A stretch of DNA of 64,000 nt from Tubiluchus corallicola (lineage: Eukaryota > Animalia > Priapulida). Shown in pieces: positions 24,685 to 64,000 of this stretch. Positions within the stretch are counted from its first letter, which is position 1. The number at the start of each line of letters is the position of its first letter. A program made the position numbers and the translations under genes. The notes under the pieces are model-generated. The model worked only from the letters and a program-made list of their open reading frames with translations. It was not told the origin of the DNA and did no database searches. Location of the stretch: assembly GCA_030141605.1 (NCBI GenBank), contig JAQGDQ010000236.1, forward strand, positions 186,001-250,000, read 5' to 3'.

Positions 24685-25636
24685 TCTCGTACTTGTCTGT
24701 CAGTGATGGGTTTCTTGCACTTGTCTGTCAGCGATGGGTTTCTCGTACTTGTCTGTCAGTGATGAGTTTCTTGTACTTGTCTGTCAGTGATGGGTTTCTT
24801 GCACTTGTCTGTCAGTGATGAGTTTCTTGTACTTGTCTGTCAGTGATGAGTTTCTTGCACTTGTCTGTCAGTGATGGGTTTCTTGCACTTGTCTGTCAGT
24901 GATGCGTTTCTTGCACTTGTCTGTCAGTGATGCGTTTCTTGCACTTGTCTGTCAGTGATGGGTTTCTTGCACTTGTCTGTCAGTGATGGGCTTCTCGCAC
25001 TTGTCTGTCAGTTATGGGTTTCTTGCATTTGTCTGTCAGTGATGAGTTTCTCGTACTTGTCTGTCAGTGATGAGTTTCTTGCACTTGTCTGTCAGTGATG
25101 GGTTTCTTGCATTTGTCTGTCAGTGATGGGTTTCTTGCATTTGTCTGTCAGTGATGGGTTTCTTGCACTTGTCTGTCAGTGATGGGTTTCTTGCACTTGT
25201 CTGTCAGTGATGGGTTTCTTGCACTTGTCTGTCAGCGATGGGTTTCTCGTACTTGTCTGTCAGTGATGAGTTTCTTGTACTTGTCTGTCAGCGATGGGTT
25301 TCTTGCACTTGTCTGTCAGTGATGGGTTTCTTGCACTTGTCTGTCAGTGATGGGTTTCTTGTACTTGTCTGTCAGTGATGAGTTTCTTGTACTTGTCTGT
25401 CAGCGATGGGTTTCTTGCACTTGTCTGTCAGTGATGGGTTTCTTGCACTTGTCTGTCAGTGATGGGTTTCTTGTACTTGTCTGTCAGTGATGGGTTTCTT
25501 GCATTTGTCTGTCAGTGATAAGTTTCTTGCACTTGTCTGTCAGTGATGGGTTTCTTGCATTTGTCTGTCAGTGATGGGTTTCTTGCACTTGTCTGTCAGT
25601 GATGGGTTTCTTGCACTTGTCTGTCAGTGATGGGTG
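24685..25636. repeat. 28-bp minisatellite, ~34 copies
   Basis: unit acttgtctgtcagtgatgggtttcttgc. Confidence 0.98.
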
Positions 25637-27033
25637 TTCTTCATCTCTAGATAGTTAAAACATAAGGAAAGCATGAAAATGATGTGTTTACGATTACTAC
25701 AGCAAACACTGGGGTTATCAGATTGAGCAAATGGTCACCACAGCTCCTTACCAATGGCCAATCACTGTATATTTGACGACAACTTATTGCACTTGTTCAA
25801 TGCAATTTTCACTGTCAAAAATCTAAAAATGAACTTTTCGTACCGAAGGTTTAAATGATCAGCTAAAAGTTTGACAATGTGTACCATTCATTCCAAATGC
25901 CGGAAATGTTGCACTGATGTGCAACACTTTTCATCCATTCACTATTCTATAGTAATGCAATTAATATCACATGATATACTAACAATTGCTACAAAAATAT
26001 TTTACATAAGTTTGCTACAAAAATATTTTATTGCTGAAAAAATGGAGATTGTTTAAGTTTAACAGCTCATTTTCAAAACTAATGAAAATATAAATATTAA
26101 TGTTAGATGCTAATTAGTGACCAATAATAAACACACAATCATAGCCCGCTTCATCAATAATACTGTCAGGAATAAAACATTTCAGAAAAATCATATAGAC
26201 AAATTGGCTGGGTCCAGTCTGTTAAATTACGATGCCTCAATATACAAGCAGTCAATATAAGTATAATTAAAGGAATATTTTAAATTAGTCTATAAAGTAA
26301 TTTGGAAGTAAACAAAATCGTAGCAAAATTATTTACAAACAATTAACTACATCATTTTCTACTTGCAAAAATATACCGGCTTATTTACTTGTTTTCATTT
26401 TAGCAAAAATGCAACAATAATAATATAACTTAATCATGTTAAGAAATGGTTGTTGATTGTCATAATACATATAGTAGCATAACCAATGTTACTGACGATG
26501 CTTAGTTTAAACAAGCCAAGAAAATTAAACTTGCATTTTTACTATGATTTGCCGCAAAAATATTATAACCAGCTGCATTTTGTGAGGTGCACATTAGAGA
26601 GATTACCTCGCAAACAGAACATCTAAGCTGAAATAATACTTTCCTGAAGAATTTGGAGTTCAAGATTGTTTTGAATAAATTTTTGCATACAAATGCTCAC
26701 TGCTCACACATACCAGACTCTAATCAAGTAGAGCAGCAGCTTTAGTGTGTAATAAATACACAATCCTGGTAGAAAAGGTTCACAGCTGTTAGAATAATGA
26801 AACAGAATGTTATGGATTGCTTACAATCAACATCTGCTACTCTGGTTTTTTTGCAAATTGAAATGCTCATCATGGTCTATATTTATATTTGCACCACTTT
26901 TTAATCTCATTGCAGTAATGGCATTACTCACAATGCACCAACATAAGAAATGTTGTCGTCAACTCACAAAAGGTAACTACTACCACTATGGACACTTGGT
27001 GGTGGAAACATTAGCTTCTTTCCACCGCATCAG

Positions 27034-63215
<36,182 letters not shown>

Positions 63216-64000
63216 CTATACACAAAAAATAGGAAAAAATTATGACTATTCTTACTAGCACGTAAATATAGTGGCACACAACAGACACTCTGGAAAATTT
63301 TCATCTTATTTGTCACTAATTTAAAATTCGAACCCGGATTATCCATGTTCCTAAAGTTTAAACTAACACCTTAGAGCTAATTCTCAGGTGAGAAAATTTA
63401 CAGCATAAACAGCCTAAGAGTCTACATTGTATCAAACATAACACTTGCTAATTAGTTTCTAAGAGCAGGCAAGTAAGAATAAATTAGCACGTCAGAAAAA
63501 ATATCAGCTAACATTGTGCATGAATATAATAATAATCATAATCGTGTATATGACTCATTTATGAAACTTACTTATATATTATGATGTCCATTAAAGCACA
63601 AGAAAACGCTCCACTTACATAAAACTTAAAAAGTTTGTCTAGAAATCTTACTGCCTTTTTGCACGCAGGGCTCGCGTTGCCAGTAATGTTGTATAAAACT
63701 TGTAAATTTAAGCTCCCGCGATGACCGTTAGGTGCAGCCATTTGAGTGGTAGATCGTTTGATACAAGTTTAGATAACATTGCGTGAAGTTTGAAAATATA
63801 ATCAGAGCATTCGTGGCTCACATGTTACTAACCAAGTAAAATTTTAAATTACTGTATTTTGTCAATGACATTAAAAATACGCTTTTGGTTAGTGAGTGGC
63901 ACGCCCTGGTGGGTGAGCCAGCGACACTTTACCAATTGGCACAAACATTTTAAATTAATATTTCTAGTTAAGTAAGTATTTCCAGCAAGTAAGCGAAATG

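Noticed and set aside
63652-63800. additional CEP120 exon ending at a gtaag donor
   Set aside because: The required frame contains a TAA and has no CEP120-like sequence.

Overview
AT-rich, intron-rich invertebrate animal genomic DNA; the species cannot be determined from the sequence. Bases ~865-20684 (+) hold the last 14 coding exons of a Vav-family Rho GEF (DH-PH-C1-SH3-SH2-SH3). Converging on it, bases 27034-63215 (-) hold the last 8 coding exons of CEP120. One 26.8-kb CEP120 intron (34628-61443) contains four intronless class A GPCR genes on the opposite strand: three recent ~6.5-7.5 kb tandem duplicates and one older paralogue. Each recent copy has its own expanded 56-bp satellite, and the duplication junctions lie inside a foldback transposon. 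The window also has a 5S rRNA-headed SINE with a candidate pseudoknot, several MITEs, two decayed LINE RT fragments and many unrelated minisatellites. Exon boundaries were read by eye from GT-AG sites and frame continuity. Family assignments come from recognised motifs, not database searches. Repeat copy numbers are span divided by unit length.
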